DNA of 64,000 nucleotides from an uncultured Muribaculaceae bacterium (GCA_944321875.1 CALUMX010000013.1:2816-66815); one strand, 5' to 3'; shown: positions 10,451 through 20,848, numbered from the stretch's first letter. Numbers and translations: made by a program. The notes: generated by a model from the letters alone, not told the origin.

Positions 10451-11536
10451 TTACTTCCCGTATTTCTTTGCTTGCTCGGCGATGAGGGCTGCATCCTCAA
10501 AGTAGTTGATGCGCATCGCGCGGCGCACGTCGTCGAGCGTAGCGGCTGCCACCTTGCGGGCCTCCTCGCTGCCTTTCTTCAGAATGTCGAACACGGCAGG
10601 GATGTCCTTTTCGAAATGGCTGCGGCGCTCGCGGATAGGAGCAAGTACGTCCTCAAGTACGTTGATGAGGAATTTTTTCACCGTACCGTCGCCAAGACCT
10701 CCACGCGTGTAGTGGTCCTTCATTTCCTGCAGGTTCTTGTAGTCTGTGCTGAATTTCGCGAAATGCTCGTCGGTTGCGAATGCGTCGAGATAGATGAACG
10801 GGCAGTTGCCTTCCAGGTGTCCCGGGTCGCTTACGTTGAGGTGGAGCGGGTCGGTGTACATGCTCTTTACCTTCTTGGCTAATTCCTTCGGTGTGTCGGA
10901 GAGGTAAATGCAGTTGCCCAGCGACTTACTCATCTTCGCCTTTCCGTCGATACCCGGCAGACGCAGGCAGGCTGCGTTTTCCGGCAGCAGAATCTCAGGT
11001 GTGACAAGTGTCGGACCGTAGACGTGGTTGAAGCGTTCCACGATTTCGCGTGTCAGCTCAATCATCGGTTTCTGGTCCTCACCCACGGGCACGGTCGTAG
11101 CACGGAATGCCGTAATGTCGGAGGCTTGGCTCACCGGATAGCAGAAGAAGCCTACTGGGATGCTTGCCTCGAAATTGCGCATCTTGATTTCCGTCTTTAC
11201 GGTCGGGTTACGCTGCACGCGCGACACGGTTACGAGGTTCATGTAGTAGAAAGCCAACTCGCAGAGTTCCGGAACCTGAGACTGTATAAAAATGGTGGTT
11301 TTTTCAGGGTCGAGGCCGGCTGACAGGTAGTCGAGAGCCACTTCCACGATGTTCTGACGGATTTTTTCCGGATTGTCAGCGTTGTCGGTGAGCGCCTGGG
11401 CATCGGCAATCATAACGAATATTTTGTCGTATTCGCCTGAGTTTTGCAGTTCTACACGGCGTCGGAGGGAACCGACGTAGTGTCCCAAGTGGAGTTTGCC
11501 GGTAGGGCGGTCACCCGTAAGTATGATTTTTTCCAT
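10451..11536 (-). CDS. trpS: Tryptophan--tRNA ligase
   Basis: Class I HIGH motif (TGKLHLGHY) and KMSKS motif; 361 aa. Confidence 0.95.
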   Translation of the reverse strand: MEKIILTGDRPTGKLHLGHYVGSLRRRVELQNSGEYDKIFVMIADAQALTDNADNPEKIRQNIVEVALDYLSAGLDPEKTTIFIQSQVPELCELAFYYMNLVTVSRVQRNPTVKTEIKMRNFEASIPVGFFCYPVSQASDITAFRATTVPVGEDQKPMIELTREIVERFNHVYGPTLVTPEILLPENAACLRLPGIDGKAKMSKSLGNCIYLSDTPKELAKKVKSMYTDPLHLNVSDPGHLEGNCPFIYLDAFATDEHFAKFSTDYKNLQEMKDHYTRGGLGDGTVKKFLINVLEDVLAPIRERRSHFEKDIPAVFDILKKGSEEARKVAAATLDDVRRAMRINYFEDAALIAEQAKKYGK

Positions 11537-11565
11537 ATATATTCAATATTTGTTTATTTATGCTG

Positions 11566-11573
11566 CAAAGATA
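11566..11573 (-). promoter_or_regulatory. -7 box (tatctttg on the minus strand) for trpS
   Basis: Plus-strand caaagata is an exact TAnnTTTG match about 30 nt upstream of the trpS ATG. Confidence 0.5.
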
Positions 11574-11637
11574 AGAAAAAAACTTGATATTCACAGTATG
11601 TTATTGCATTAATATTAGTTGTGCGGGCAATCGGCGG

Positions 11638-12321
11638 TCAGGCGGAGAACAGGGTGGCTGTGGCTGCTACGGCGATGATGAGGAGCATCAGGGCGAATGT
11701 CAGCGAAATGTAGCGGGTCTGGCTGAAAACTGCGGGTGAGTGCATTTGGTAGCGGCGGTCGACTGCTGCGATGGCTTTTCGTGCGGCAAAGGCCATCAGC
11801 ATGCCTACGGCGGCTCCGATAATTCCTCCGACGATGAGGTCGCCGGGATAGTGTACGCCGAGATAAAGCCGTGAGTAGGAGTTGAGCACTGCCCAGACAA
11901 TGACGACGGCCGTCAGCCAGCCGCGACGCATCAGCACTCCGATAAATCCGGCCAATGCAAACGTGTTGGCTGCATGGCACGACGGAAAACCGTAGGCGCC
12001 TCCCCGGTAGCCGTCAACGATATGGACGAGCGGCGATATGGAGTTCTCCAAGTTGGCCGGCCGCAATCGGGCCACGACGGGACGGATGGTCGAGCTGCAC
12101 AGTTGGTCGGCAATCAGGATAGTCAGCGCGACCGCCGCTATCGCACATGCCAGCTGGCGGAGGCGGAGGTTACGCGTCATGACGTAGAGTATAGAGGCAT
12201 AGAACGGCACCCAGATGAGCTTGCCGGTGGCAATCTTCATGAAATGGTCGAAATAGGCGCAGTGGTAGCCGTTGAGTGTCAGAAAAATGTCGTTGTCAAT
12301 CGAATTGAGCAGTTCAATCAT
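11638..12321 (-). CDS. PAP2-family membrane phosphatase
   Basis: The three PAP2 motifs are present: RLRPAN, FPSCHAAN, SRLYLGVHYPGDLI. The protein is multi-pass hydrophobic. Confidence 0.8.
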   Translation of the reverse strand: MIELLNSIDNDIFLTLNGYHCAYFDHFMKIATGKLIWVPFYASILYVMTRNLRLRQLACAIAAVALTILIADQLCSSTIRPVVARLRPANLENSISPLVHIVDGYRGGAYGFPSCHAANTFALAGFIGVLMRRGWLTAVVIVWAVLNSYSRLYLGVHYPGDLIVGGIIGAAVGMLMAFAARKAIAAVDRRYQMHSPAVFSQTRYISLTFALMLLIIAVAATATLFSA

Positions 12322-12361
12322 CGGGGTAGATATTTTTTTGTAGTGTCAGAATCGGTGTAAA

Positions 12362-14200
12362 TTATCGTTGTGCCAAATCGTCGTAAAGTTTCTGCAGGAA
12401 CGCTTTGGCGAAGGGGGCGTTCTTGCCTTTGGCCGTGCCTTCGTCGGAGAGCGTCCGCTCGGCATCGGTGGCTATCACAACCCGGTTGTCGTCGGTAATC
12501 ATGCCGAAGCATGAAGGGTCGGTGAAATAGCCGAATTTCGGCGAATCGGGGTTGAGCACGTTTTTGCTGAACGTGAACTCATCGTGGGGCAGACCCAGCT
12601 GATAGAGCAGGGTGGCAGCCAGGTCGATTTGAGAGGCCGGGACGCTGATGTCGCGGTGGCCTGCAACGGCACCTCCCAACATGACGAGCGGAATGTGGTG
12701 GCGTGTTACGGGGTCGGTCAGCCGGGTGAAATAATCGCCTCCGCCAAAGTGGTCGGGCACCATGATTACAACCGTATTGTTCCAGAGCGGTGACTGGCGC
12801 AGCCGTTCCACAAACTTGCCGAGACAGTCGTCGGCATAGGCGAAGCTGTTCTTTATCTTGTTTTCGTGACGTTCAAACGGCACTTCCCACGGTTCGTGGC
12901 TACTCGATGTCTGGATGACGCGCAGCAACGGACGGTCGGAGGGAGCGGCCTGCAGGTCGTTCCACAGGCGGTCGAACACGACGCCGTCCTGTGCGCCCCA
13001 TTTGCCCGTGCGCTCACTTAGCGGGAAATCCTTGTCGCTGATAATTGTGTTGAATCCCGCCGACACGAGGAAGGCGCGCATATTGGTAAAGTTGGCATCG
13101 CCGCCGTAGTAGTAGGCAAGGTCGTAACCGACATTTTTCATCGAGCGGGAGAGCGACGGAAGGTTTTCCACCTTTTCCGTATATTTCATGATGCTCGTAT
13201 TGGGCTGGGCCGGATAGCCGCTGATGATGGAGACGAGTCCACGGTCCGTGCGGAAGCTGTTGGCGAAGAAATTGGAGAATATCACACCCTCGCGGGCATA
13301 GCGGTCGATGCAGGGTGCGATGTCCTCACCGCCGAGCGACGGCATCAAGTGGACGGAGAAGCTTTCGAGTATCACCAGAATGACGTTCGGTCGCTGCTGC
13401 GTGAACAGCCGGGGCACGGAGTCGGCTGCGGCGATGGGACGGTCGGTCATGGCGGCAAACAGCCGAGTGGCCTTCGCGTCGTCCATGTAGCGGAACTGCT
13501 TGTCGAAGTTGGTCTGGTGGGTAGCGGAATAGAGGAAGCTGAACATCGGGTTCATGGCCGCATGGTTCAGCCGTTGGTTGTCGCTGAAGTAGACTGTTCC
13601 CGGATTCATGGTCGCCGTCGTGAGACCGCCACGGATGGGCAGGAAGAGTGCGCCCGTCAGCAGCAGGCAGCCGAAGCCGGTCGCAATGCGCCGTCCCGTC
13701 CCTTCAACGTGGTTGAGGCGTATGCGTTCGGTGAGGCGCAACAGCCGGTAGATACCCCATGCGTAGAGGCCGATAGCGGCAACACCAGCGGCAACAAACC
13801 ATGGGCTGACGCTTGCCAGCGCGTCGGCCGGCGACGACATGAAGTAGAACACCGGCGTATAGTCCAGACGGAAGCCCCAGTAGCCGTAGAGAGCGAGGTC
13901 GGTGATGAAGACCATCGACATGACGATGGCAGCAAACAGGAAATATCCGCGCTCGATTTTCTTGAGCAGGGAGGCCTGTGTCCATACGGATGCAATCAGC
14001 AGCAGGCCGGGGATGGCCGTCAGATAACCTGCCATCGACAAGTCGTGGGGGAGTCCGTGTCCGATGGCTCCGAAAAATTCACCGATGCTGACCCCTTCGA
14101 ATAACGAGTGGTAGACAGCGAAGAATATGGGCCGTTGCGTGATGAACACCGCGACTATGAGCAGATAGACGGCTATGAATTTAAGAATTCGGTTTCTCAT
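12362..14200 (-). CDS. LTA synthase / phosphoglycerol-transferase-like sulfatase-family membrane protein
   Basis: N-terminal transmembrane segments, then an alkaline-phosphatase-superfamily domain (NVILVILESFS ... SFRTDRG ... IMVPDH). Confidence 0.75.
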   Translation of the reverse strand: MRNRILKFIAVYLLIVAVFITQRPIFFAVYHSLFEGVSIGEFFGAIGHGLPHDLSMAGYLTAIPGLLLIASVWTQASLLKKIERGYFLFAAIVMSMVFITDLALYGYWGFRLDYTPVFYFMSSPADALASVSPWFVAAGVAAIGLYAWGIYRLLRLTERIRLNHVEGTGRRIATGFGCLLLTGALFLPIRGGLTTATMNPGTVYFSDNQRLNHAAMNPMFSFLYSATHQTNFDKQFRYMDDAKATRLFAAMTDRPIAAADSVPRLFTQQRPNVILVILESFSVHLMPSLGGEDIAPCIDRYAREGVIFSNFFANSFRTDRGLVSIISGYPAQPNTSIMKYTEKVENLPSLSRSMKNVGYDLAYYYGGDANFTNMRAFLVSAGFNTIISDKDFPLSERTGKWGAQDGVVFDRLWNDLQAAPSDRPLLRVIQTSSSHEPWEVPFERHENKIKNSFAYADDCLGKFVERLRQSPLWNNTVVIMVPDHFGGGDYFTRLTDPVTRHHIPLVMLGGAVAGHRDISVPASQIDLAATLLYQLGLPHDEFTFSKNVLNPDSPKFGYFTDPSCFGMITDDNRVVIATDAERTLSDEGTAKGKNAPFAKAFLQKLYDDLAQR

Positions 14201-14593
14201 CTTGTTTTAAAATGCTATTGAAAGCGTAAAGATAGTGCAAATTAGGCGCAACTGGAAATGGGAAACTGTTTAAATTTGATTGAGGTGATAAAGTTATGAA
14301 TCGTATGATTTCAGGTTTCTTTCCGTTCTGTATCCTTGTCCTTACTCATTGCGTAGCCCGCTACGCTCCTTCTGGAAGTGGAAAACAGCCTCTCAAACAA
14401 TGCTTGAAACGGGGATTTGACGGGACAGAAATTCTTTGCGGAAAATTTGCCGCGATTGTACTTTGACATCTTTTTGCCTGTTTTTTCAACTCTTTGTAAA
14501 CAATTTGGGGGCTTTCTTTGTATCTTTGTTGACGAATGGATGAAGCTTGGTAAAAAAACAAGGATGCTTGTTTTTTCTGCGCTCTCCTTTCGC

Positions 14594-14601
14594 TATCTTT
14601 G
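14594..14601 (+). promoter_or_regulatory. -7 box (tatctttg) for ddh
   Basis: Exact TAnnTTTG match 22 nt upstream of the ATG at 14623. Confidence 0.5.
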
Positions 14602-14622
14602 TAAAAAAATTTATAGGAATCT

Positions 14623-15510
14623 ATGATTAAAGCAGCAATAGTAGGTTATGGAAACATCGGGCATTTCGTGCTCGACGCTTTGAAGGTGGCTGCCGATTTC
14701 GAAATTGCAGGAATCGTGCGCCGCAGTGTGGAAAATATTCCGGAGGAATTGAAGCCGTATAAGGTGACAACATCGTTGGCCGATTTGGACGCGGACGTGG
14801 CTATTCTCTGTACTCCGACCCGTAAGGTGGAGGAATATGCGAAGGAAGCCCTCGCGCTCGGTATGAATACGGTTGACAGCTTCGACATTCACACTAGCAT
14901 CGTTGACCTTCGCCGTTCGCTCGACGCAGCAGCTAAGGAACACGGCCGTGTGTCTGTCATTTCAGCCGGATGGGACCCGGGTAGCGACTCCGTAGTGCGC
15001 ACGTTGCTTCAGGCTTGCGCTCCGAAAGGTATCACTTACACCAACTTCGGTCCGGGTATGAGCATGGGTCACACCGTAGCAGTGAAGGCTATTGAAGGTG
15101 TAAAGGCCGCTCTTTCAATGACAATTCCATTGGGTACGGGCATCCATCGCCGTATGGTTTACGTGGAACTTTGCGAAGGCTATAAGCTTGCCGACGTGGC
15201 GGCAGCCATCAAAGCTGACCCGTATTTCGCAAGCGATGAGACTCTCGTGTTTGAGGTGCCGTCAGTTGACGAGGTGAAGGATATGGGTCACGGTGTCAAC
15301 ATGGTGCGCAAGGGTGTTTCAGGTACGACACAGAACCAGCGTTTCGAGTTCAATATGTCAATCAACAATCCGGCGCTTACGGCTCAGATGCTCGTATGCG
15401 TAGCCCGCGCTTCCATGAAGCAGCAACCGGGTGCCTATACAATGATTGAGATTCCGGTAATTGACCTGTTGGAGGGCGACCGTGAGGAATTGATTCGTCA
15501 TTTGGTATAA
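14623..15510 (+). CDS. ddh: meso-Diaminopimelate D-dehydrogenase
   Basis: The N-terminal Rossmann motif AAIVGYGNIGHFV, the ~295 aa length and the overall sequence resemble Bacteroidales Ddh. Confidence 0.85.
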   Translation: MIKAAIVGYGNIGHFVLDALKVAADFEIAGIVRRSVENIPEELKPYKVTTSLADLDADVAILCTPTRKVEEYAKEALALGMNTVDSFDIHTSIVDLRRSLDAAAKEHGRVSVISAGWDPGSDSVVRTLLQACAPKGITYTNFGPGMSMGHTVAVKAIEGVKAALSMTIPLGTGIHRRMVYVELCEGYKLADVAAAIKADPYFASDETLVFEVPSVDEVKDMGHGVNMVRKGVSGTTQNQRFEFNMSINNPALTAQMLVCVARASMKQQPGAYTMIEIPVIDLLEGDREELIRHLV

Positions 15511-15543
15511 GAGATTACGGCAGTTTCTGCTGAAACATAAAAA

Positions 15544-15572
15544 AGCAACCATCATTCGATGGTTGCTTTTTT
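15544..15572. terminator. Bidirectional terminator (ddh and the PepSY-like gene)
   Basis: Stem agcaaccatc / gatggttgct (10 bp), loop attc, flanked by an A-run and a T-run. Confidence 0.8.
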
Positions 15573-15595
15573 ATTATGTCATTTCATTGGGGTTA

Positions 15596-16423
15596 TCAGT
15601 TGTCCTGAATGATGTGGCCGTCGTTGCTGATGCAGACCGAGTAGACGAGTGTGTCATTGTGAAGCTCGACGGTATAGGTCTTTTCTTGCGGCATTTCCTT
15701 CAGCCGGATATTGCCGATGGTGCAGTTCTGGTAATTTTTGCTGAGGGTGCGGCTTACGGCCTGCGGCAAATCCTTTTGGGGAATGTCGAACGACGAACTT
15801 TGCCAGCCGCTTTCGGAAATGACGATTTTTTTACCGATTTCCTCGTCGATGACGTCGATGGCATAGGTCGAATCCTCGCGTGCCACCTCATAGACTATGG
15901 CGGTGGGGTAGATGTCGTAGAGCGACTGTGCAATCTCGTCGGGAAGTTCGGTCGGGAGGAAGTCTTCCGACGTGCGTTCCTGTCCCGTAGCATTGACCGT
16001 GCGTAGCAGTATTCCCGTCTGAGTGTAGTAGAGCGCATATCTCACTTTGTTGCGTTCCACGTCGATAATCCATACAGGGTTCTGGTTGACACGTTCCACG
16101 CGTTTCACTCCGAGCTGCTCCCATTCGGCATAGTCCGATTGGGAGAATTTATGTTTAACTTTCTTCGGCAGGTGCGTGTATTGCTGGTCGGAAATCGTCA
16201 TTACCCATCTGTTCTTGTCAAACCATGCCTCTCTGTTTTTTCGTTTGTCCTTGAATGTGGCAACTTCATATCCGTCGCGTTGCGACCATTTGGTATGTTT
16301 TGCCTCAGGATATAAGGAGGCGAAGGTGTCTTTAGCGGGCTGCGTGACGTCCTGCTTATTTCCGGAGCACCCGGAAATAACGAAGATTGTAGATAACAGT
16401 AGTATGTATATAAGATGTGTCAT
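15596..16423 (-). CDS. PepSY-like repeat lipoprotein
   Basis: Lipoprotein signal LLLSTIFVISGC. There are repeated LP..V...L...YP modules (LPQAVSRTLSKNY, LPDEIAQSLYDIYP). Confidence 0.6.
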   Translation of the reverse strand: MTHLIYILLLSTIFVISGCSGNKQDVTQPAKDTFASLYPEAKHTKWSQRDGYEVATFKDKRKNREAWFDKNRWVMTISDQQYTHLPKKVKHKFSQSDYAEWEQLGVKRVERVNQNPVWIIDVERNKVRYALYYTQTGILLRTVNATGQERTSEDFLPTELPDEIAQSLYDIYPTAIVYEVAREDSTYAIDVIDEEIGKKIVISESGWQSSSFDIPQKDLPQAVSRTLSKNYQNCTIGNIRLKEMPQEKTYTVELHNDTLVYSVCISNDGHIIQDN

Positions 16424-16551
16424 GGAACGTCAAAAAGAAATAATAATCCAAATTAATGCAAAGCTAATAAAATAAATCTAAAAAAGCCAAAAATGAAGCA
16501 TTAAAATTGTCGGATTTTTATGAATGAGAAAAGTCCATGATAAATGGAAAC

Positions 16552-16588
16552 GAAGAAGGCTGCTCCGTGATGGGGAACAGCCTTCTTC
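16552..16588 (-). terminator. Terminator downstream of the TPM-domain gene
   Basis: 11-bp stem gaagaaggctg / cagccttcttc; the minus strand is T-rich after the stem. Confidence 0.55.
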
Positions 16589-16633
16589 GCTATTGGAACG
16601 GGCAATGGGGAAATGCCCGGAGATTTTCGTTTT

Positions 16634-17884
16634 TTACCAGCCGCCGGATGCTCCTCCGCCTCCGGTAGAGCCACCGCCGAAACTTCCGCCTCCGCTGAAG
16701 CCGCCACCACCGCCGCCACCGCCGATAAACGGAACGATGACCGGTGCTTCCTCGCGTGGGATGGAGTACCGGAGGTCGGTTGTGTGGTTGCAGTTACGGC
16801 ATTTGTAGGTTCTTACACCGATGCCTTCGCTGCGGAAGCTTGCCTTCTGGAGAATGCGGTCGCTGACGAGCATGGCCGCTTTCGTGTGGCAATGAGGGCA
16901 TTCGGAATATACGGTGTTTTTGTTGACAAACGGGAAAATGTCTACCTCATTGCAGCGGTCGCAGACCCATACGTCGTAGTCGACCGATTGCAGTTGCTCC
17001 TCGAGGTCCTGAGCCGGCGTGAGGTATCTGTTGTCCTCATCCTCCGGAAGTTTGCGCATCGTGGCCTTGCAGTTCGGGCAGATGCGTGGTTTCGTACGGC
17101 ATCGTTTGATGGACCAGAGCAGGATGAGGAAGGCGGGCAGGGCGCATCCGAGAGAGAAGAGGGTCAGCATGCCCAGGGTCAGCTTCTTGTTGCTCAGAAG
17201 CATGTGGCGCTCTGCCGGGTCCGACTTGGAGGTTTTGGCCAAAAGCATCAACACCCATACGAGGGCACCGATACCGATAATGATGGCGATATTGCCATAC
17301 ATGCTGAACATTCCGCCGTCGCTGTTGCGGCGGGCGTTGTTGGCATATTTCGACTTGAGCTCCTCTACGGCTCCCGGAGTGGTGAGCAGTTTGCCGATTT
17401 CGTTGACGGCGGCAAGCATACCGCTGTCGTAGTCGCCTTTCTTGAACTGCGGAAGCATCAGGTTGCGGATGATGCGGCTGCAGTAGATGTCGGGCAACAG
17501 GCCTTCCGTGCCATAGCCGGTACGAATCACGACGCGTCTTTCCTCGGTTACGAGCAGGATGAGCACGCCGTTGTTCTTGTCTTCCTTACCGATGCCCCAA
17601 TGGCGGTAGAGCTCTGTTGCAAAGGTTTCGATGTCCGACGAGCCGTCTATCTTGGAAATGGCTACGACGGCCAGCTCGGCAGTCGTCTTTTCCCAGACAT
17701 TGCCGATGATGGCGTCCATCTGGCTGACGGTTGTGGCCGACAGGATGTTGTCGGGGTTGGAAACGTAGCGGTTCTTGTCGGTCAGGTGTATGTTGGGTAC
17801 TTCCTCCACCGTATAGGCAAACGCCGGAGCGGCTGCGAGGAAGCACAAAAGAAGAAGCAGAATGTATTGTTTCGTTTTTTGCAT
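16634..17884 (-). CDS. TPM-domain membrane protein with a C-terminal 4x CxxC zinc-ribbon region and a poly-Gly tail
   Basis: TPM-like region LAVVAISKIDG ... NNGVLILLVTEERRVVIRTGYG, followed by transmembrane segments. Zinc-ribbon cysteines are CPNC, CDRC, CPHC and CRNC. The tail is GGGGGGGGFSGGGSFGGGSTGGGGASGGW. Confidence 0.75.
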   Translation of the reverse strand: MQKTKQYILLLLLCFLAAAPAFAYTVEEVPNIHLTDKNRYVSNPDNILSATTVSQMDAIIGNVWEKTTAELAVVAISKIDGSSDIETFATELYRHWGIGKEDKNNGVLILLVTEERRVVIRTGYGTEGLLPDIYCSRIIRNLMLPQFKKGDYDSGMLAAVNEIGKLLTTPGAVEELKSKYANNARRNSDGGMFSMYGNIAIIIGIGALVWVLMLLAKTSKSDPAERHMLLSNKKLTLGMLTLFSLGCALPAFLILLWSIKRCRTKPRICPNCKATMRKLPEDEDNRYLTPAQDLEEQLQSVDYDVWVCDRCNEVDIFPFVNKNTVYSECPHCHTKAAMLVSDRILQKASFRSEGIGVRTYKCRNCNHTTDLRYSIPREEAPVIVPFIGGGGGGGGFSGGGSFGGGSTGGGGASGGW

Positions 17885-17902
17885 ATCGTCAGTTTCTTGG
17901 GG

Positions 17903-19240
17903 TTATACGGCCGGCAGGCTCTGACCGTTCAGCTTTCGGAAGAGGTCGAGCGCGTAGACGTCGGTCATGCCGGAGATGTGGTCGAGTACGGACTGAATTT
18001 TGCCGTAGGGTGTTGGACTTCCTGTGTCGTACTGCGTCGGGACGCGGCTCAGCAGCAGTTTAGAATAGTGCTTCTCGGGATGGAGCACCGCGTCGAGCAG
18101 GCGTTCGAGCAGGTAGGAGATAATGCGGTTTCCGGCCAGCTCGATGTCGACAACGTGCGACGAGTTGTAGATATGTTTCCAGGCCACGTCGGAGCAGCAT
18201 CCGTAGCTTTCGCGCAGGTGGTCGGACACATGGTCGATGAGGCAGCCCGAAAAGTCACCTTGCAGGATGGTGTCCTCATTGCTGACAAAGGCAGCGGCAC
18301 ATTCGTTAACCAGCTCGCCGATGACACAGGAGCGCAGGTAGGCCACTTTCTCGTTGTTGTCGTCGATGTGGGCCAGTACGTCCTTTATGTGACTGCGTCG
18401 CTCTCCGTGGAAATAGCCGATGAAGAGGTGCTCCACCATGTCGTAGTTGAGGATTTTCAGCTTGTGGGCGTCCTCGATGTCCATCACCTGATAGCAAATG
18501 TCGTCGGCCGCTTCCATGAGCAGCACTAACGGGTGGCGTGCGAAAACGTCGTCCGACTTCTGTATCAGTCCCAGTTCGTCGGCCACTTGCATGAAGCATT
18601 CCCGTTCTGAGCAGAAATAGCCGAATTTTCCTCTTTTCGGAGTCATGGAGGAGGAATAGGGATATTTTACGATGGCCGCCAGCGTCGAGTAGGTCATTGC
18701 CAGTCCGCCCTCACGCCGTCCCTTGAATTGGTGCGAAAGCAGGCGGAAGGAGTTGGCGTTGCCGTCGAAATTAATCAGGTCGTTCCATTCGTTCTCACTG
18801 AGAAGACCGCGCACGGCCATTCCGTCGCCCTCTGAGAAATAGGTGGCGATGGTACGCTCTCCCGAATGTCCGAACGGAGGATTGCCGAGGTCGTGAGCCA
18901 GACAGGCCGCGCCTACGATTTCAACGATGTGACTGAGTTTGTCGCATACGTCTTTGTCGTGGCGGTAGCGTTGGCTGAGCTGCATATAAACCTCGTTGGC
19001 AAGTGATTTGCCGACACTCGACACCTCAAGGCTGTGGGTCAGACGGTTATGGACGAAGATGCTGCCCGGAAGAGGGAACACCTGCGTCTTGTTCTGCAAA
19101 CGCCGGAAAGGAGAGGAGAAGACCAGACGGTCAAAGTCGCGCTGGAAGTCGCTGCGGCTCTGCGCTGACGACGTCCGGTAACGCTCCATGCCCAGCCGCT
19201 TGTGGCAGATGAGCTTGCTCCATTGCATGAGTTCTGTCAT
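17903..19240 (-). CDS. dgt: dGTP triphosphohydrolase-like HD-domain protein
   Basis: HD motifs HSLEVSSVG and CLAHDLGNPPFGHSGE; 445 aa. Confidence 0.85.
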   Translation of the reverse strand: MTELMQWSKLICHKRLGMERYRTSSAQSRSDFQRDFDRLVFSSPFRRLQNKTQVFPLPGSIFVHNRLTHSLEVSSVGKSLANEVYMQLSQRYRHDKDVCDKLSHIVEIVGAACLAHDLGNPPFGHSGERTIATYFSEGDGMAVRGLLSENEWNDLINFDGNANSFRLLSHQFKGRREGGLAMTYSTLAAIVKYPYSSSMTPKRGKFGYFCSERECFMQVADELGLIQKSDDVFARHPLVLLMEAADDICYQVMDIEDAHKLKILNYDMVEHLFIGYFHGERRSHIKDVLAHIDDNNEKVAYLRSCVIGELVNECAAAFVSNEDTILQGDFSGCLIDHVSDHLRESYGCCSDVAWKHIYNSSHVVDIELAGNRIISYLLERLLDAVLHPEKHYSKLLLSRVPTQYDTGSPTPYGKIQSVLDHISGMTDVYALDLFRKLNGQSLPAV

Positions 19241-19243
19241 AGC

Positions 19244-19813
19244 TTAACAGTCAGCCGGGTATCCGTGTTCGTTGACATTCGGTGAACTCTTCTGCGCAAA
19301 CCAGATGAGCAGGATGATTGAACCAACGAGCGGAATGAAGCTGATGAAAATGTAAGCCCAGTGTTTGTCCAGGTCGTGCAGACGACGTACCATTACGGCA
19401 AGCATCGGCAGAATCATGGCGAGCTCCACCGGAATGAGCAGGAAGCCTACAATAGGAATTATCATCAGGGTTGCCACGATTCCGTAGAGCAGGAATGGCC
19501 ACCAGAATTCCTGACGGCCGGCGCGGCCTGAGAACTTCGCGTAATTGACGAAGAACAGCTTGATGTAGTAGAACATTCCGCTGCCTTTCTGCTCAGCCGG
19601 TCTCGGTTGAGGTTTCGGCTTTGGCGTCGGTCTGGGTTGTGCTGGTTGCTCAGGGGTGACAGCCACCGGCTCTACAATTATGTCTGGATTGATAACATGC
19701 GTTTTCGGGCCTTCCGGCATAGTCTGATTTTCCACTTTGGCACCGCAGTTAGGGCAGAAACGTTGGTTTTCCTGAAGTTTATTGCCGCAATTTGAACAAA
19801 ATGATATTGCCAT
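19244..19813 (-). CDS. Zinc-ribbon plus DUF805-family inner-membrane protein
   Basis: N-terminal CSNCGNKLQENQRFCPNCG, a Pro-rich linker, and a DUF805-like core (GRAGRQEFWW ... VRRLHDLDK). Confidence 0.7.
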   Translation of the reverse strand: MAISFCSNCGNKLQENQRFCPNCGAKVENQTMPEGPKTHVINPDIIVEPVAVTPEQPAQPRPTPKPKPQPRPAEQKGSGMFYYIKLFFVNYAKFSGRAGRQEFWWPFLLYGIVATLMIIPIVGFLLIPVELAMILPMLAVMVRRLHDLDKHWAYIFISFIPLVGSIILLIWFAQKSSPNVNEHGYPADC

Positions 19814-19936
19814 AGTTATATTAATTAGTTTGTAATTTACGAATTTACTTATTTTTGCTTATGAAACAGGTGTAAATTATCTCTTTAACACATGTTTTAA
19901 CAATTGAATTTAACGTTTGTTTGACGATTGAAGCAG

Positions 19937-20845
19937 ATGAAGCACTGCATATTACAATTCAAACCACTGACATTTGAGGATGCCGGAACTATCAAGCCTT
20001 TCCTTGCCGGGTCGGGAAGCCGTTCGTGCGACTATTCGCTGGGCGGTTTGCTGATGTGGATAGGCTGTTTCGGCTATGAGTATTGTATCCATGAGGATAC
20101 GCTTTTTATCAAAGGACGGATGGGTGGCGACTCTCCGCGTGAGGCTTTTTCGTTGCCGATAGGCCGTCTTTCCCTGCCCGAAGCCGTCAGCCTGTTGCGG
20201 AGCTATTGCCGTTGTGCCGGACGGTTATTGGAATTCTCGGCCATCCCTTGCGAGCGGATTGATGAGTTCCGTGGGCTGAATCCGATGGCCATTGGCCTGA
20301 TGCGCCATTATTCCGACTACCTTTACGATATACGGGAGATGGCTACCTATGCAGGAAAGCGGATGGCCAAGAAGCGCAACCATCAGAACCGTTTTATGTG
20401 CGACAATCCTGACTGGCGGGTCGAGGAGATTGGTGCGGAAAACATTGCTCTTGTCAAGGAATGTTTCCGTCGGATTTGTGAGATGGAGCCTGCCGACAGT
20501 GCCATGCAGGCCTACGAGCGGGAGCAGGTGACCCATGTGCTTGAACGTCCGGAACTTTACGGTTTCGAGTCGCTGTGCCTTTTTGCCGGCGGAGAAGTGG
20601 TGGCGTTTACGTTCGGAGAGGTGGTGGGCGATACGCTTCACGACCACATCGAGAAAATGCGCCGTGACGTGGCCGGGAGCGGAGAAACGGTGTTCAGCCG
20701 CTTTTCGGCTGCCATGCTTGAGAAGTATCCGCATCTGAACTATGTGAATCGGGAAGACGATGCCGGCGACATCGGGTTGCAGCGGTCGAAGCTGTCCTAC
20801 AATCCGGTGATGATGATTGACAAATACAATGTCTTGTTTGAATAA
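19937..20845 (+). CDS. DUF2156-like protein (related to the C-terminal domain of phosphatidylglycerol lysyltransferase)
   Basis: The N-terminal pattern (F.PLT.ED...I..F......S.CDYS.GGL..W) resembles this family. I chose ATG 19937 over TTG 19928. Confidence 0.55.
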   Translation: MKHCILQFKPLTFEDAGTIKPFLAGSGSRSCDYSLGGLLMWIGCFGYEYCIHEDTLFIKGRMGGDSPREAFSLPIGRLSLPEAVSLLRSYCRCAGRLLEFSAIPCERIDEFRGLNPMAIGLMRHYSDYLYDIREMATYAGKRMAKKRNHQNRFMCDNPDWRVEEIGAENIALVKECFRRICEMEPADSAMQAYEREQVTHVLERPELYGFESLCLFAGGEVVAFTFGEVVGDTLHDHIEKMRRDVAGSGETVFSRFSAAMLEKYPHLNYVNREDDAGDIGLQRSKLSYNPVMMIDKYNVLFE

Positions 20846-20848
20846 CCC

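Noticed and set aside
16634-16740. GC-rich repeat (gccgcc/accacc) at the 3' end of the TPM-domain gene as a possible variable tract
   Set aside because: It simply encodes the poly-Gly tail that I recall being common in this protein family. The units are imperfect, so I did not treat it as a separate element.
16613-18529. 638-aa plus-strand ORF spanning two minus-strand genes
   Set aside because: It lies antisense to the well-supported TPM-domain and dGTPase genes. Its translation is low-complexity (V/A/G/D/R-rich) with no motifs. Such shadow ORFs are typical of GC-rich codon third positions.
17903-19240. dGTPase as a possible anti-phage dNTP-depletion defence gene
   Set aside because: It has native GC content and is tightly packed among conserved housekeeping and envelope genes. 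Its length and motifs resemble the ubiquitous Dgt-like housekeeping enzyme of Bacteroidota. I saw nothing island-like around it.
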